Source: Eledone cirrhosa
Taxonomy: Eukaryota
Reading direction: 5' to 3'
Assembly: GCA_964016885.1 (NCBI GenBank)
Contig: OZ024740.1
Location: 267,840,001 to 267,904,000, forward strand
DNA: 64,000 nt
Positions 18,001 to 36,000 of the stretch are shown one piece after another. The notes under the pieces are model-generated. The model ran no database searches and was not told the origin of the DNA. It saw nothing but the letters and a program-made list of their open reading frames with translations. The position numbers and the translations under genes are program-made. Every line of letters starts with the position of its first letter. Position 1 is the first letter of the stretch.

Positions 18001-21000
18001 AATACCACACAACAACAGAAGGAGACAACCACTAATACCACACAACAACAGAACGGGACAACCACTAATACCACACATCAACAGAACGAGACAACCACTA
18101 ACACCACACAACAACAGAAGGAGACAACCACTAATACCACACAACAACAGAACGAGACAACCACTAATACCACACAACAACAGAACGAGACAACCACTAA
18201 TACCACACAACAACAGAACGAGACAACCACTAATACCACACAACAACAGAACGAGACAACCACTAATACCACACAACAACAGAACGAGACAACCACTAAT
18301 ACCACACACAACAGAACGAGACAACCACTAATATCACACAACAACAGAACTGGACAACCACTGATACCACACAACAACAGGACGAGACAACCACTAATAC
18401 CACACAACAAGAGAACGAGACAACCACTAATACCACACAACAACAGAACGAGACAACCACTAATATCACACAACAACAGAACTGGACAACCACTAATACC
18501 ACACAACAACAGAACGAGACAACCACTAATACCACACAACAACAGAACGAGACAACCACTAATACCACACAACAACAGAACTGGACAACCACTGATACCA
18601 CACAACAACAGGACGAGACAACCACTAATACCACACAACAAGAGAACGAGACAACCACTAATACCACACAACAACAGAACGAGACAACCACTAATACCAC
18701 ACAACAACAGAACGGGACAACCATTAATACCACACAACAACAGAACGAGACAACCACTAATACCACACAACAACAGAACGAGACAACCACTAAAAACACA
18801 CAACAACAGAACGAGACAACCACTAATACCACACAACAACAGAAGGAGACAACCACTAACACCACACAACAACAGAACGAGACAACCACTAATACCACAC
18901 AACAACAGAACGAGACAACTACTAAAAACACACAACAACAGAACGAGACAACCACTAATACCACACAACAACAGAACGAGACAACCACTAATACCACACA
19001 ACAACAGAAGGAGACAACCACTAACACCACACAACAACAGAACGAGACAACCACTAATACCACACAACAACAGAAGGAGACAACCACTTATACCACACAA
19101 CAACAGAACGGGACAACCACTAATACCACACATCAACAGAACGAGACAACCACTAACACCACACAACAACAGAAGGAGACAACCACTAATACCACACAAC
19201 AACAGAACGAGACAACCACTAATACCACACAACAACAGAACGAGACAACCACTAATACCACACAACAACAGAACGAGACAACCACTAATACCACACAACA
19301 ACAGAACGAGACAACCACTAATACCACACAACAACAGAACGAGACAACCACTAATACCACACACAACAGAACGAGACAACCACTAATATCACACAACAAC
19401 AGAACTGGACAACCACTGATACCACACAACAACAGGACGAGACAACCACTAATACCACACAACAAGAGAACGAGACAACCACTAATACCACACAACAACA
19501 GAACGAGACAACCACTAATATCACACAACAACAGAACTGGACAACCACTAATACCACACAACAACAGAACGAGACAACCACTAATACCACACAACAACAG
19601 AACGAGACAACCACTAATACCACACAACAACAGAACTAGACAAGCACTAATACCACACAACAACAGAACGGGACAACCACTAATACCACACAACAACAGA
19701 AAGAGACAACCACTAATAACACACAACAACAGAACGAGACAACCACTAATACCACACAACAACAGAACGAGACAACCACTAATACCACACAACAACAGAA
19801 GGAGGCAACCACTAACACCACACAACAACAGAACGAGACAACCACTAATACCACACAACAACAGAAGGAGACAACCACTAACACCACACAACAACAGAAC
19901 GAGACAACCACTAATACCACACAACAACAGAAGGAGACAACCACTAATACCACACAACAACAGAAGGAGACAACCACTAATACCACACAACAACAGAAGG
20001 AGACAACCACTAATACCACACAACAACAGAAGGAGACAACCACTAACACCACACAACAACAGAACGAGACAAGCACTAATACCACTCAACAACAGAACGA
20101 GACAACCACTAATACCACACAACAACAGAACGAGACAACAAATAATACCACACAACAACAGAACGAGACAAGCACTAATACCACACAACAACAGAAGGAG
20201 ACAACCACTAACACCACACAACAACAGAACGAGACAACCACTAATACCACACAACAACAGAACGAGACAACCACTAATACCACACAACAACAGAACGAGA
20301 CAACCACTAATACCACACAACAACAGAACGAGACAAGCACTAATACCACACAACAACAGAAGGAGACAACCACTAACACCACACAACAACAGAACGAGAC
20401 AACCACTAATACCACACAACAACAGAACGAGACAACCACTAATACCACACAACAACAGAACGAGACAACCACTAATACCACACAACAACAGAAGGAGACA
20501 ACCACTAACACCACACAACAACAGAACGAGACGACTACTAATACCACACAACAACAGAACGAGACAACAACTAATACCACACAACAACAGAAGGAGACAA
20601 CCACTAACACCACACAACAACAGAACTAGACAACCACTAATACCACACAACAACAGAAGGAGACAACCACTAACACCACACAACAACAGAACGAGACAAC
20701 CACTAATACCACACAACAACAGAAGGAGACAAACATATATACCACACAACAACAGAAGGAGACAACCACTAACACCACACAACAGAAGGAGACAACCACT
20801 AATACCACACAACAACAGAACGAGACAACCACTAATACCACACAACAACAGAAGAAGACAACCACTAACACCACATAACAACAGAACAAGACAAACACTA
20901 ATACCACACAACAACAGAAGGAGACAAACACTAACACCACACAACAACAGAACGAGACAACCACTAATACCACACAACAACAGAAGGAGACAACCACTAA

Positions 21001-24000
21001 TACCACACAACAACAGAAGGAGACAACCACTAACACCACACAACAACAGAACGAGACAACCACTAATACCACACAACAACAGAACGGGACAACCATTAAT
21101 ACCACACAACAACAGAACGGGACAACCACTAATACCACACAACAACAGAACGAGACAACCACTAATACCACACAACAACAGAAGGAGACAACCACTAATA
21201 CCACACAACACAGAAGGAGACAACCACTAACACCACACAACAACAGAACGAGACAACCACTAATACCACACAACAACAGAAGGAGACAACCACTAATACC
21301 ACACAACAACAGAACGGGACAACCACTAATACCACACAACAACAGAACGAGACAACCACTAACACCACACAACAACAGAAGGAGACAACCACTAATACCA
21401 CACAACAACAGAACGAGACAACCACTAATACCACACAACAACAGAACGAGACAACCACTAATACCACACAACAACAGAACGAGACAACCACTAATGCCAC
21501 ACAACAACAGAAGGAGACAACCACTAATACCACACAACAACAGAAGGAGACAACCACTAACACCACACAACAACAGAACGAGACAACCACTAATATCACA
21601 CAACAACAGAACGAGACAACCACTAATACCATACAACAACAGAACGAGACAACCACTAATATCACACAACAACAGAACTAGACAACCACTAATACCACAC
21701 AACAACAGAACGAGACAACCACTAATACCACACAACAACAGAACGAGACAACCACTCATACCACACAACAACAGAAGGAGACAACCACTAACACCACACA
21801 ACAACAGAACGAGACAACCACTAATACCACACAACAACACAAGGAGACAACCACTAATACCACACAACAACAGAAGGAGACAACCACTAACACCACACAA
21901 CAACAGAACGAGACAACCACTAATACCACACAACAACAGAAGGAGACAACCACTAATACCACACAACAACAGAAGGAGACAACCACTAACACCACACAAC
22001 AACAGAAGGAGACAACCACTAATACCACACAACAACAGAACGAGACACCACTAATACCACACAACAACAGAAGGAGACAACCACTAATACCACACAACAA
22101 CAGAACGGGACAACCACTAATACCACACAACAACAGAACGAGACAACCACTAATACCACACAACAATAGAACGAGACAACCACTAATACCACACAACAAC
22201 AGAACGAGACAACCACTAATACCACACCACAACAGAACGAGACAACGACTAATACCACACAACAACAGAAAGAGACAACCACTAACACCACACAACAACA
22301 GAACGAGACAACCACTAATACCACACAACAACAGAAGGAGACAACCACTAATACCACACAACAACAGAACGAGACAACCACTAATACCACACAACAACAG
22401 AACGAGACAACCACTAATACCACACAACAACAGAACAAGACAACCACTAATACCACACAACAACAGAAGGAGACAACCACTAATACCACACAACAATAGA
22501 ACGACAAAACCACTAATACCACACAACAACAGAACGAGACAACCACTAATACCGCACAACAACAGAAGGAGACAACCACTAACACCACACAACAACAGAA
22601 CGAGACAACCACTAATACCACACAACAACAGAAGGAGACAACCACTAATACCACACAACAACAGAACAAGACAACCATTAATACCACACAACAACAGAAG
22701 GAGACAACCACTAATAGCACACAACAATAGAACGACAAAACCACTAATACCACACAACAACAGAACGAGACAACCACTAATACCGCACAACAGAACGAGA
22801 CAACCACAAATACCACACAACAACAGAACGAGACAACCACTAATACCACACAACAACAGAACGAGACAACCACTAACACCACACAACAACAGAACGAGAC
22901 AACCACTAATACCACACAACAACAGAACGGGACAACCATTAATACCACACAACAACAGAACGAGACAACCACTAATACCACACAACAACAGAACGAGACA
23001 ACCACTAAAAACACACAACAACAGAACGAGACAACCACTAATACCACACAACAACAGAAGGAGACAACCACTAACACCACACAACAACAGAACGAGACAA
23101 CCACTAATACCACACAACAACAGAACGAGACAACTACTAAAAACACACAACAACAGAACGAGACAACCACTAATACCACACAACAACAGAACGAGACAAC
23201 CACTAATACCACACAACAACAGAAGGAGACAACCACTAACACCACACAACAACAGAACGAGACAACCACTAATACCACACAACAACAGAAGGAGACAACC
23301 ACTAATACCACACAACAACAGAACGGGACAACCACTAATACCACACATCAACAGAACGAGACAACCACTAACACCACACAACAACAGAAGGAGACAACCA
23401 CTAATACCACACAACAACAGAACGAGACAACCACTAATACCACACAACAACAGAACGAGACAACCACTAATACCACACAACAACAGAACGAGACAACCAC
23501 TAATACCACACAACAACAGAACGAGACAACCACTAATACCACACAACAACAGAACGAGACAACCACTAATACCACACACAACAGAACGAGACAACCACTA
23601 ATATCACACAACAACAGAACTGGACAACCACTGATACCACACAACAACAGGACGAGACAACCACTAATACCACACAACAAGAGAACGAGACAACCACTAA
23701 TACCACACAACAACAGAACGAGACAACCACTAATATCACACAACAACAGAACTGGACAACCAATAATACCACACAACAACAGAACGAGACAACCACTAAT
23801 ACCACACAACAACAGAACGAGACAACCACTAATACCACACAACAACAGAACTAGACAAGCACTAATACCACACAACAAGAGAACGGGACAACCACTAATA
23901 CCACACAACAACAGAAAGAGACAACCACTAATAACACACAACAACAGAACGAGACAACCACTAATACCACACAACAACAGAACGAGACAACCACTAATAC

Positions 24001-27000
24001 CACACAACAACAGAAGGAGGCAACCACTAACACCACACAACAACAGAACGAGACAACCACTAATACCACACAACAACAGAAGGAGACAACCACTAACACC
24101 TCACAACAACAGAACGAGACAACCACTAATACCACACAACAACAGAACGAGACAACCACTAATACCACACAACAACAGAAGGAGACAACCACTAATACCA
24201 CACAACAACAGAAGGAGACAACCACTAATACCACACAACAACAGAAGGAGACAACCACTAACACCACACAACAACAGAACGAGACAACCACTAATACCAC
24301 TCAACAACAGAACGAGACAACCACTAATACCACACAACAACAGAACGAGACAACCAATAATACCACACAACAACAGAACGAGACAAGCACTAATACCACA
24401 CAACAACAGAAGGAGACAACCACTAACACCACACAACAACAGAACGAGACAACCACTAATACCACACAACAACAGAACGAGACAACCACTAATACCACAC
24501 AACAACAGAACGAGACAACCACTAATACCACACAACAAAAGAACGAGACAAGCACTAATACCACACAACAACAGAAGGAGACAACCACTAACACCACACA
24601 ACAACAGAACGAGACAACCACTAATACCACACAACAACAGAACGAGACAACCACTAATACCACACAACAACAGAACGAGACAACCACTAATACCACACAA
24701 CAACAGAAGGAGACAACCACTAACACCACACAACAACAGAACGAGACGACTACTAATACCACACAACAACAGAACGAGACAACAACTAATACCACACAAC
24801 AACAGAAGGAGACAACCACTAACACCACACAACAACAGAACTAGACAACCACTAATACCACACAACAACAGAAGGAGACAACCACTAACACCACACAACA
24901 ACAGAACGAGACAACCACTAATACCACACAACAACAGAAGGAGACAAACATATATACCACACAACAACAGAAGGAGACAACCACTAACACCACACAACAG
25001 AAGGAGACAACCACTAATACCACACAACAACAGAACGAGACAACCACTAATACCACACAACAACAGAAGAAGACAACCACTAACACCACATAACAACAGA
25101 ACCAGACAAACACTAATACCACACAACAACAGAAGGAGACAAACACTAACACCACACAACAACAGAACGAGACAACCACTAATACCACACAACAACAGAA
25201 GGAGACAACCACTAATACCACACAACAACAGAAGGAGACAACCACTAACACCACACAACAACAGAACGAGACAACCACTAATACCACACAACAACAGAAC
25301 GGGACAACCATTAATACCACACAACAACAGAACGCGACAACCACTAATACCACACAACAACAGAACGAGACAACCACTAATACCACACAACAACAGAAGG
25401 AGACAACCACTAATACCACACAACACAGAAGGAGACAACCACTAACACCACACAACAACAGAACGAGACAACCACTAATACCACACAACAACAGAAGGAG
25501 ACAACCACTAATACCACACAACAACAGAACGGGACAACCACTAATACCACACAACAACAGAACGAGACAACCACTAACACCACACAACAACAGAAGGAGA
25601 CAACCACTAATACCACACAACAACAGAACGAGACAACCACTAATACCACACAACAACAGAACGAGACAACCACTAATACCACACAACAACAGAACGAGAC
25701 AACCACTAATGCCACACAACAACAGAAGGAGACAACCACTAATACCACACAACAACAGAACGAGACAACCACTAACACCACACAACAACAGAACGAGACA
25801 ACCACTAATATCACACAACAACAGAACGAGACAACCACTAATACCATACAACAACAGAACGAGACAACCACTAATATCACACAACAACAGAACTAGACAA
25901 CCACTAATACCACACAACAACAGAACGAGACAACCACTAATACCACACAACAGCAGAACGAGACAACCACTCATACCACACAACAACAGAAGGAGACAAC
26001 CACTAACACCACACAACAACAGAACGAGACAACCACTAATACCACACAACAACACAAGGAGACAACCACTAATACCACACAACAGCAGAAGGAGACAACC
26101 ACTAACACCACACAACAACAGAACGAGACAACCACTAATACCACACAACAACAGAAGGAGACAACCACTAATACCACACAACAACAGAAGGAGACAACCA
26201 CTAACACCACACAACAACAGAAGGAGACAACCACTAATACCACACAACAACAGAACGAGACACCACTAATACCACACAACAACAGAAGGAGACAACCACT
26301 AATACCACACAACAACAGAACGGGACAACCACTAATACCACACAACAACAGAACGAGACAACCACTAATACCACACAACAATAGAACGAGACAACCACTA
26401 ATACCACACAACAACAGAACGAGACAACCACTAATACCACACCACAACAGAACGAGACAACGACTAATACCACACAACAACAGAAAGAGACAACCACTAA
26501 CACCACACAACAACAGAACGAGACAACCACTAATACCACACAACAACAGAAGGAGACAACCACTACTACCACACAACAACAGAACGAGACAACCACTAAT
26601 ACCACACAACAACAGAACGAGACAACCACTAATACCACACAACAACACAACAACACAACCACTAATACCACACAACAACAGAAGGAGACAACCACTAATA
26701 CCACACAACAATAGAACGACAAAACCACTAATACCACACAACAACAGAACGAGACAACCACTAATACCGCACAACAACAGAAGGAGACAACCACTAACAC
26801 CACACAACAACAGAACGAGACAACCACTAATACCACACAACAACAGAAGGAGACAACCACTAATACCACACAACAACAGAACAAGACAACCACTAATACC
26901 ACACAACAACAGAAGGAGACAACCACTAATAGCACACAACAATAGAACGACAAAACCACTAATACCACACAACAACAGAACGAGACAACCACTAATACCG

Positions 27001-30000
27001 CACAACAGAACGAGACAACCACAAATACCACACAACAACAGAACGAGACAACCACTAATACCACACAACAACAGAACGAGACAACCACAAATACCACACA
27101 ACAACAGAACAAGACAACCACTAATACCACACAACAACAGAAGGAGACAACCACTAATACCACACAACAATAGAACGACAAAACCACTAATACCACACAA
27201 CAACAGAACGAGACAACCACTAATACCGCACAACAACAGAAGGAGACAACCACTAATACCAGACAACAACAGAACGGGACAAACATTAATACCACACAAC
27301 AACAGAAGGAGACAACCACTAATACCACACAACAACAGAAGGAGACAACCTCTAATACCACACAACAACAGAAGGAGACAATCACTAATACCACACAACA
27401 ACAGAACGAGACAACAACTCATACCACACAACAACAGAACGACACAACCACTAATACCACACAACAGAACGAGACAACCACAAATACCACACAACAACAG
27501 AACGAGACAACCACTAATACCACACAACAACAGAACGAGACAACCACAAATACCACACAACAACAGAACGAGACAACCACTAATACCACACAACAACAGA
27601 ACGAGACAACCACTAATACCACACAACAACAGAAGGAGACAACCACTAACACCACACAACAACAGAACGAGACAACCACTAAAACCACACAACAACAGAA
27701 GGAGACAACCACTAATACCACACAACAACAGAAGGAGACAACCACTAATACCACACAACAACAGAAGGAGACAACCACTACTACCACACAACAACAGAAC
27801 GAGACAACCATTAATACCAGACAACAACAGAACGAGACAACCACTAATTCCACACAACAACAGAACGAGACAACCACTAATACCACACAACAACAGAACG
27901 AGACAACCACTAATACCACACAACAATAGAACGTGACAACTACTAATACCACACAACAACAGAACGAGACAACCACCGACACCACACAACAATAGAACGG
28001 GACAACCACTAATACCACACAACAACAGAAAGAGACAACCACAAATACCACACAACAACAGAACGAGACAACCACTAATACCACACAACGACAGAACGAC
28101 ACAACCACTAATACCACACAACAACAGAAGGAGACAACCACTAATACCACAAAACAACAGAACGAGACAACCACAAATACCACACAACAACAGAACGAGA
28201 CAACCACTAATACCACACAACAACAGAAGGAGACAACCACTAATACCACACAACAACAGAACGAGACAACCACAAATACCACACAACAACAGAACGAGAC
28301 AACCACTAATACCACACAACAACAGAACGAGACAACCACTAATACCACACAACAACAGAACGAGACAAGCACTAATACCACACAACAACAGAAGGAGACA
28401 AACACTAACACCACACAACAACAGAACGAGACAACCACTAATACCACACAACAACAGAACGAGACAACCACTAATACCACACAACAACAGAACGAGACAA
28501 CCACTAATACCACACAACAACAGAAGGAGACAACCACTAACACCACACAACAACAGAACGAGACGACTACTAATACCACACAACAACAGAACGAGACAAC
28601 AACTAATACCACACAACAACAGAAGGAGACAACCACTAACACCACACAACAACAGAACTAGACAACCACTAATACCACACAACAACAGAAGGAGACAACC
28701 ACTAACACCACACAACAACAGAACGAGACAACCACTAATACCACACAACAACAGAAGGAGACAAACATATATACCACACAACAACAGAAGGAGACAACCA
28801 CTAACACCACACAACAGAAGGAGACAACCACTAATACCACACAACAACAGAACGAGACAACCACTAATACCACACAACAACAGAAGAAGACAACCACTAA
28901 CACCACATAACAACAGAACCAGACAAACACTAATACCACACAACAACAGAAGGAGACAAACACTAACACCACACAACAACAGAACGAGACAACCACTAAT
29001 ACCACACAACAACAGAAGGAGACAACCACTAATACCACACAACAACAGAAGGAGACAACCACTAACACCACACAACAACAGAACGAGACAACCACTAATA
29101 CCACACAACAACAGAACGGGACAACCATTAATACCACACAACAACAGAACGCGACAACCACTAATACCACACAACAACAGAACGAGACAACCACTAATAC
29201 CACACAACAACAGAAGGAGACAACCACTAATACCACACAACACAGAAGGAGACAACCACTAACACCACACAACAACAGAACGAGACAACCACTAATACCA
29301 CACAACAACAGAAGGAGACAACCACTAATACCACACAACACAGAAGGAGACAACCACTAAAACCACACAACAACAGAACGAGACAACCACTAATACCACA
29401 CAACAACAGAAGGAGACAACCACTAATACCACACAACACAGAAGGAGACAACCACTAACACCACACAACAACAGAACGAGACAACCACTAATACCACACA
29501 ACAACAGAAGGAGACAACCACTAATACCACACAACAACAGAACGGGACAACCACTAATACCACACAACAACAGAACGAGACAACCACTAACACCACACAA
29601 CAACAGAAGGAGACAACCACTAATACCACACAACAACAGAACGAGACAACCACTAATACCACACAACAACAGAACGAGACAACCACTAATACCACACAAC
29701 AACAGAACGAGACAACCACTAATGCCACACAACAACAGAAGGAGACAACCACTAATACCACACAACAACAGAACGAGACAACCACTAACACCACACAACA
29801 ACAGAACGAGACAACCACTAATATCACACAACAACAGAACGAGACAACCACTAATACCATACAACAACAGAACGAGACAACCACTAATATCACACAACAA
29901 CAGAACTAGACAACCACTAATACCACACAACAACAGAACGAGACAACCACTAATACCACACAACAACAGAACGAGACAACCACTCATACCACACAACAAC

Positions 30001-33000
30001 AGAAGGAGACAACCACTAACACCACACAACAACAGAACGAGACAACCACTAATACCACACAACAACACAAGGAGACAACCACTAAAACCACACAACAACA
30101 GAAGGAGACAACCACTAACACCACACAACAACAGAACGAGACAACCACTAATACCACACAACAACAGAAGGAGACAACCACTAATACCACACAACAACAG
30201 AAGGAGACAACCACTAACACCACACAACAACAGAAGGAGACAACCACTAATACCACACAACAACAGAACGAGACACCACTAATACCACACAACAACAGAA
30301 GGAGACAACCACTAATACCACACAACAACAGAACGGGACAACCACTAATACCACACAACAACAGAACGAGACAACCACTAATACCACACAACAATAGAAC
30401 GAGACAACCACTAATACCACACAACAACAGAACGAGACAACCACTAATACCACACCACAACAGAACGAGACAACGACTAATACCACACAACAACAGAAAG
30501 AGACAACCACTAACACCACACAACAACAGAACGAGACAACCACTAATACCACACAACAACAGAAGGAGACAACCACTAATACCACACAACAACAGAACGA
30601 GACAACCACTAATACCACACAACAACAGAACGAGACAACCACTAATACCACACAACAACAGAACAAGACAACCACTAATACCACACAACAACAGAAGGAG
30701 ACAACCACTAATACCACACAACAATAGAACGACAAAACCACTAATACCACACAACAACAGAACGAGACAACCACTAATACCGCACAACAACAGAAGGAGA
30801 CAACCACTAACACCACACAACAACAGAACGAGACAACCACTAATACCACACAACAACAGAAGGAGACAACCACTAATACCACACAACAACAGAACAAGAC
30901 AACCACTAATACCACACAACAACAGAAGGAGACAACCACTAATAGCACACAACAATAGAACGACAAAACCACTAATACCACACAACAACAGAACGAGACA
31001 ACCACTAATACCGCACAACAGAACGAGACAACCACAAATACCACACAACAACAGAACGAGACAACCACTAATACCACACAACAACAGAACGAGACAACCA
31101 CAATTACCACACAACAACAGAACAAGACAACCACTAATACCACACAACAACAGAAGGAGACAACCACTAATACCACACAACAATAGAACGACAAAACCAC
31201 TAATACCACACAACAACAGAACGAGACAACCACTAATACCGCACAACAACAGAAGGAGACAACCACTAATACCAGACAACAACAGAACGGGACAAACATT
31301 AATACCACACAACAACAGAAGGAGACAACCACTAATACCACACAACAACAGAAGGAGACAATCACTAATACCACACAACAACAGAACGAGACAACAACTC
31401 ATACCACACAACAACAGAACGACACAACCACTAATACCACACAACAGAACGAGACAACCACAAATACCACACAACAACAGAACGAGACAACCACTAATAC
31501 CACACAACAACAGAACGAGACAACCACAAATACCACACAACAACAGAACGAGACAACCACTAATACCACACAACAACAGAACGAGACAACCACTAATACC
31601 ACACAACAACAGAAGGAGACAACCACTAACACCACACAACAACAGAACGAGACAACCACTAAAACCACACAACAACAGAAGGAGACAACCACTAATACCA
31701 CACAACAACAGAAGGAGACAACCACTAATACCACACAACAACAGAAGGAGACAACCACTACTACCACACAACAACAGAACAAGACAACCATTAATACCAG
31801 ACAACAACAGAACGAGACAACCACTAATTCCACACAACAACAGAACGAGACAACCACTAATACCACACAACAACAGAACGAGACAACCACTAATACCACA
31901 CAACAATAGAACGTGACAACTACTAATACCACACAACAACAGAACGAGACAACCACCGACACCACACAACAATAGAACGGGACAACCACTAATACCACAC
32001 AACAACAGAAAGAGACAACCACAAATACCACACAACAACAGAACGAGACAACCACTAATACCACACAACGACAGAACGACACAACCACTAATACCACACA
32101 ACAACAGAAGGAGACAACCACTAATACCACAAAACAACAGAACGAGACAACCACAAATACCACACAACAACAGAACGAGACAACCACTAATACCACACAA
32201 CAACAGAAGGAGACAACCACTAATACCACACAACAACAGAACGAGACAACCACAAATACCACACAACAACAGAACGAGACAACCACTAATACCACACAAC
32301 AACAGAACGAGACAACCACTAATACCACACAACAACAGAACGAGACAAGCACTAATACCACACAACAACAGAAGGAGACAACCACTAACACCACACAACA
32401 ACAGAACGAGACAACCACTAATACCACACAACAACAGAACGAGACAACCACTAATACCACACAACAACAGAACGAGACAACCACTAATACCACACAACAA
32501 CAGAAGGAGACAACCACTAACACCACACAACAACAGAACGAGACGACTACTAATACCACACAACAACAGAACGAGACAACAACTAATACCACACAACAAC
32601 AGAAGGAGACAACCACTAACACCACACAACAACAGAACTAGACAACCACTAATACCACACAACAACAGAAGGAGACAACCACTAACACCACACAACAACA
32701 GAACGAGACAACCACTAATACCACACAACAACAGAAGGAGACAAACATATATACCACACAACAACAGAAGGAGACAACCACTAACACCACACAACAGAAG
32801 GAGACAACCACTAATACCACACAACAACAGAACGAGACAACCACTAATACCACACAACAACAGAAGAAGACAACCACTAACACCACATAACAACAGAACC
32901 AGACAAACACTAATACCACACAACAACAGAAGGAGACAAACACTAACACCACACAACAACAGAACGAGACAACCACTAATACCACACAACAACAGAAGGA

Positions 33001-36000
33001 GACAACCACTAATACCACACAACAACAGAAGGAGACAACCACTAACACCACACAACAACAGAACGAGACAACCACTAATACCACACAACAACAGAACGGG
33101 ACAACCATTAATACCACACAACAACAGAACGCGACAACCACTAATACCACACAACAACAGAACGAGACAACCACTAATACCACACAACAACAGAAGGAGA
33201 CAACCACTAATACCACACAACACAGAAGGAGACAACCACTAACACCACACAACAACAGAACGAGACAACCACTAATACCACACAACAACAGAAGGAGACA
33301 AACACTAATACCACACAACAACAGAACGGGACAACCACTAATATCACACAACAACAGAACGAGACAACCACTAATACCATACAACAACAGAACGAGACAA
33401 CCACTAATATCACACAACAACAGAACTAGACAACCACTAATACCACACAACAACAGAACGAGACAACCACTAATACCACACAACAACAGAACGAGACAAC
33501 CACTCATACCACACAACAACAGAAGGAGACAACCACTAACACCACACAACAACAGAACGAGACAACCACTAATACCACACAACAACACAAGGAGACAACC
33601 ACTAAAACCACACAACAACAGAAGGAGACAACCACTAACACCACACAACAACAGAACGAGACAACCACTAATACCACACAACAACAGAAGGAGACAACCA
33701 CTAATACCACACAACAACAGAAGGAGACAACCACTAACACCACACAACAACAGAAGGAGACAACCACTAATACCACACAACAACAGAACGAGACACCACT
33801 AATACCACACAACAACAGAAGGAGACAACCACTAATACCACACAACAACAGAACGGGACAACCACTAATACCACACAACAACAGAACGAGACAACCACTA
33901 ATACCACACAACAATAGAACGAGACAACCACTAATACCACACAACAACAGAACGAGACAACCACTAATACCACACCACAACAGAACGAGACAACGACTAA
34001 TACCACACAACAACAGAAAGAGACAACCACTAACACCACACAACAACAGAACGAGACAACCACTAATACCACACAACAACAGAAGGAGACAACCACTAAT
34101 ACCACACAACAACAGAACGAGACAACCACTAATACCACACAACAACAGAACGAGACAACCACTAATACCACACAACAACAGAACAAGACAACCACTAATA
34201 CCACACAACAACAGAAGGAGACAACCACTAATACCACACAACAATAGAACGACAAAACCACTAATACCACACAACAACAGAACGAGACAACCACTAATAC
34301 CGCACAACAACAGAAGGAGACAACCACTAACACCACACAACAACAGAACGAGACAACCACTAATACCACACAACAACAGAAGGAGACAACCACTAATACC
34401 ACACAACAACAGAACAAGACAACCACTAATACCACACAACAACAGAAGGAGACAACCACTAATAGCACACAACAATAGAACGACAAAACCACTAATACCA
34501 CACAACAACAGAACGAGACAACCACTAATACCGCACAACAGAACGAGACAACCACAAATACCACACAACAACAGAACGAGACAACCACTAATACCACACA
34601 ACAACAGAACGAGACAACCACAATTACCACACAACAACAGAACAAGACAACCACTAATACCACACAACAACAGAAGGAGACAACCACTAATACCACACAA
34701 CAATAGAACGACAAAACCACTAATACCACACAACAACAGAACGAGACAACCACTAATACCGCACAACAACAGAAGGAGACAACCACTAATACCAGACAAC
34801 AACAGAACGGGACAAACATTAATACCACACAACAACAGAAGGAGACAACCACTAATACCACACAACAACAGAAGGAGACAACCTCTAATACCACACAACA
34901 ACAGAAGGAGACAATCACTAATACCACACAACAACAGAACGTGACAACAACTCATACCACACAACAACAGAACGACACAACCACTAATACCACACAACAG
35001 AACGAGACAACCACAAATACCACACAACAACAGAACGAGACAACCACTAATACCACACAACAACAGAACGAGACAACCACAAATACCACACAACAACAGA
35101 ACGAGACAACCACTAATACCACACAACAACAGAACGAGACAACCACTAATACCACACAACAACAGAAGGAGACAACCACTACTACCACACAACAACAGAA
35201 CGAGACAACCATTAATACCAGACAACAACAGAACGAGACAACCACTAATTCCACACAACAACAGAACGAGACAACCACTAATACCACACAACAACAGAAC
35301 GAGACAACCACTAATACCACACAACAATAGAACGTGACAACTACTAATACCACACAACAACAGAACGAGACAACCACCGACACCACACAACAATAGAACG
35401 GGACAACCACTAATACCACACAACAACAGAAAGAGACAACCACAAATACCACACAACAACAGAACGAGACAACCACTAATACCACACAACGACAGAACGA
35501 CACAACCACTAATACCACACAACAACAGAAGGAGACAACCACTAATACCACAAAACAACAGAACGAGACAACCACAAATACCACACAACAACAGAACGAG
35601 ACAACCACTAATACCACACAACAACAGAAGGAGACAACCACTAATACCACACAACAACAGAACGAGACAACCACAAATACCACACAACAACAGAACGAGA
35701 CAACCACTAATACCACACAACAACAGAACGAGACAACCACTAATACCACACAACAACAGAACGAGACAAGCACTAATACCACACAACAACAGAAGGAGAC
35801 AACCACTAACACCACACAACAACAGAACGAGACAACCACTAATACCACACAACAACAGAACGAGACAACCACTAATACCACACAACAACAGAACGAGACA
35901 ACCACTAATACCACACAACAACAGAAGGCGACAACCACTAACACCACACAACAACAGAACGAGACGACTACTAATACCACACAACAACAGAACGAGACAA

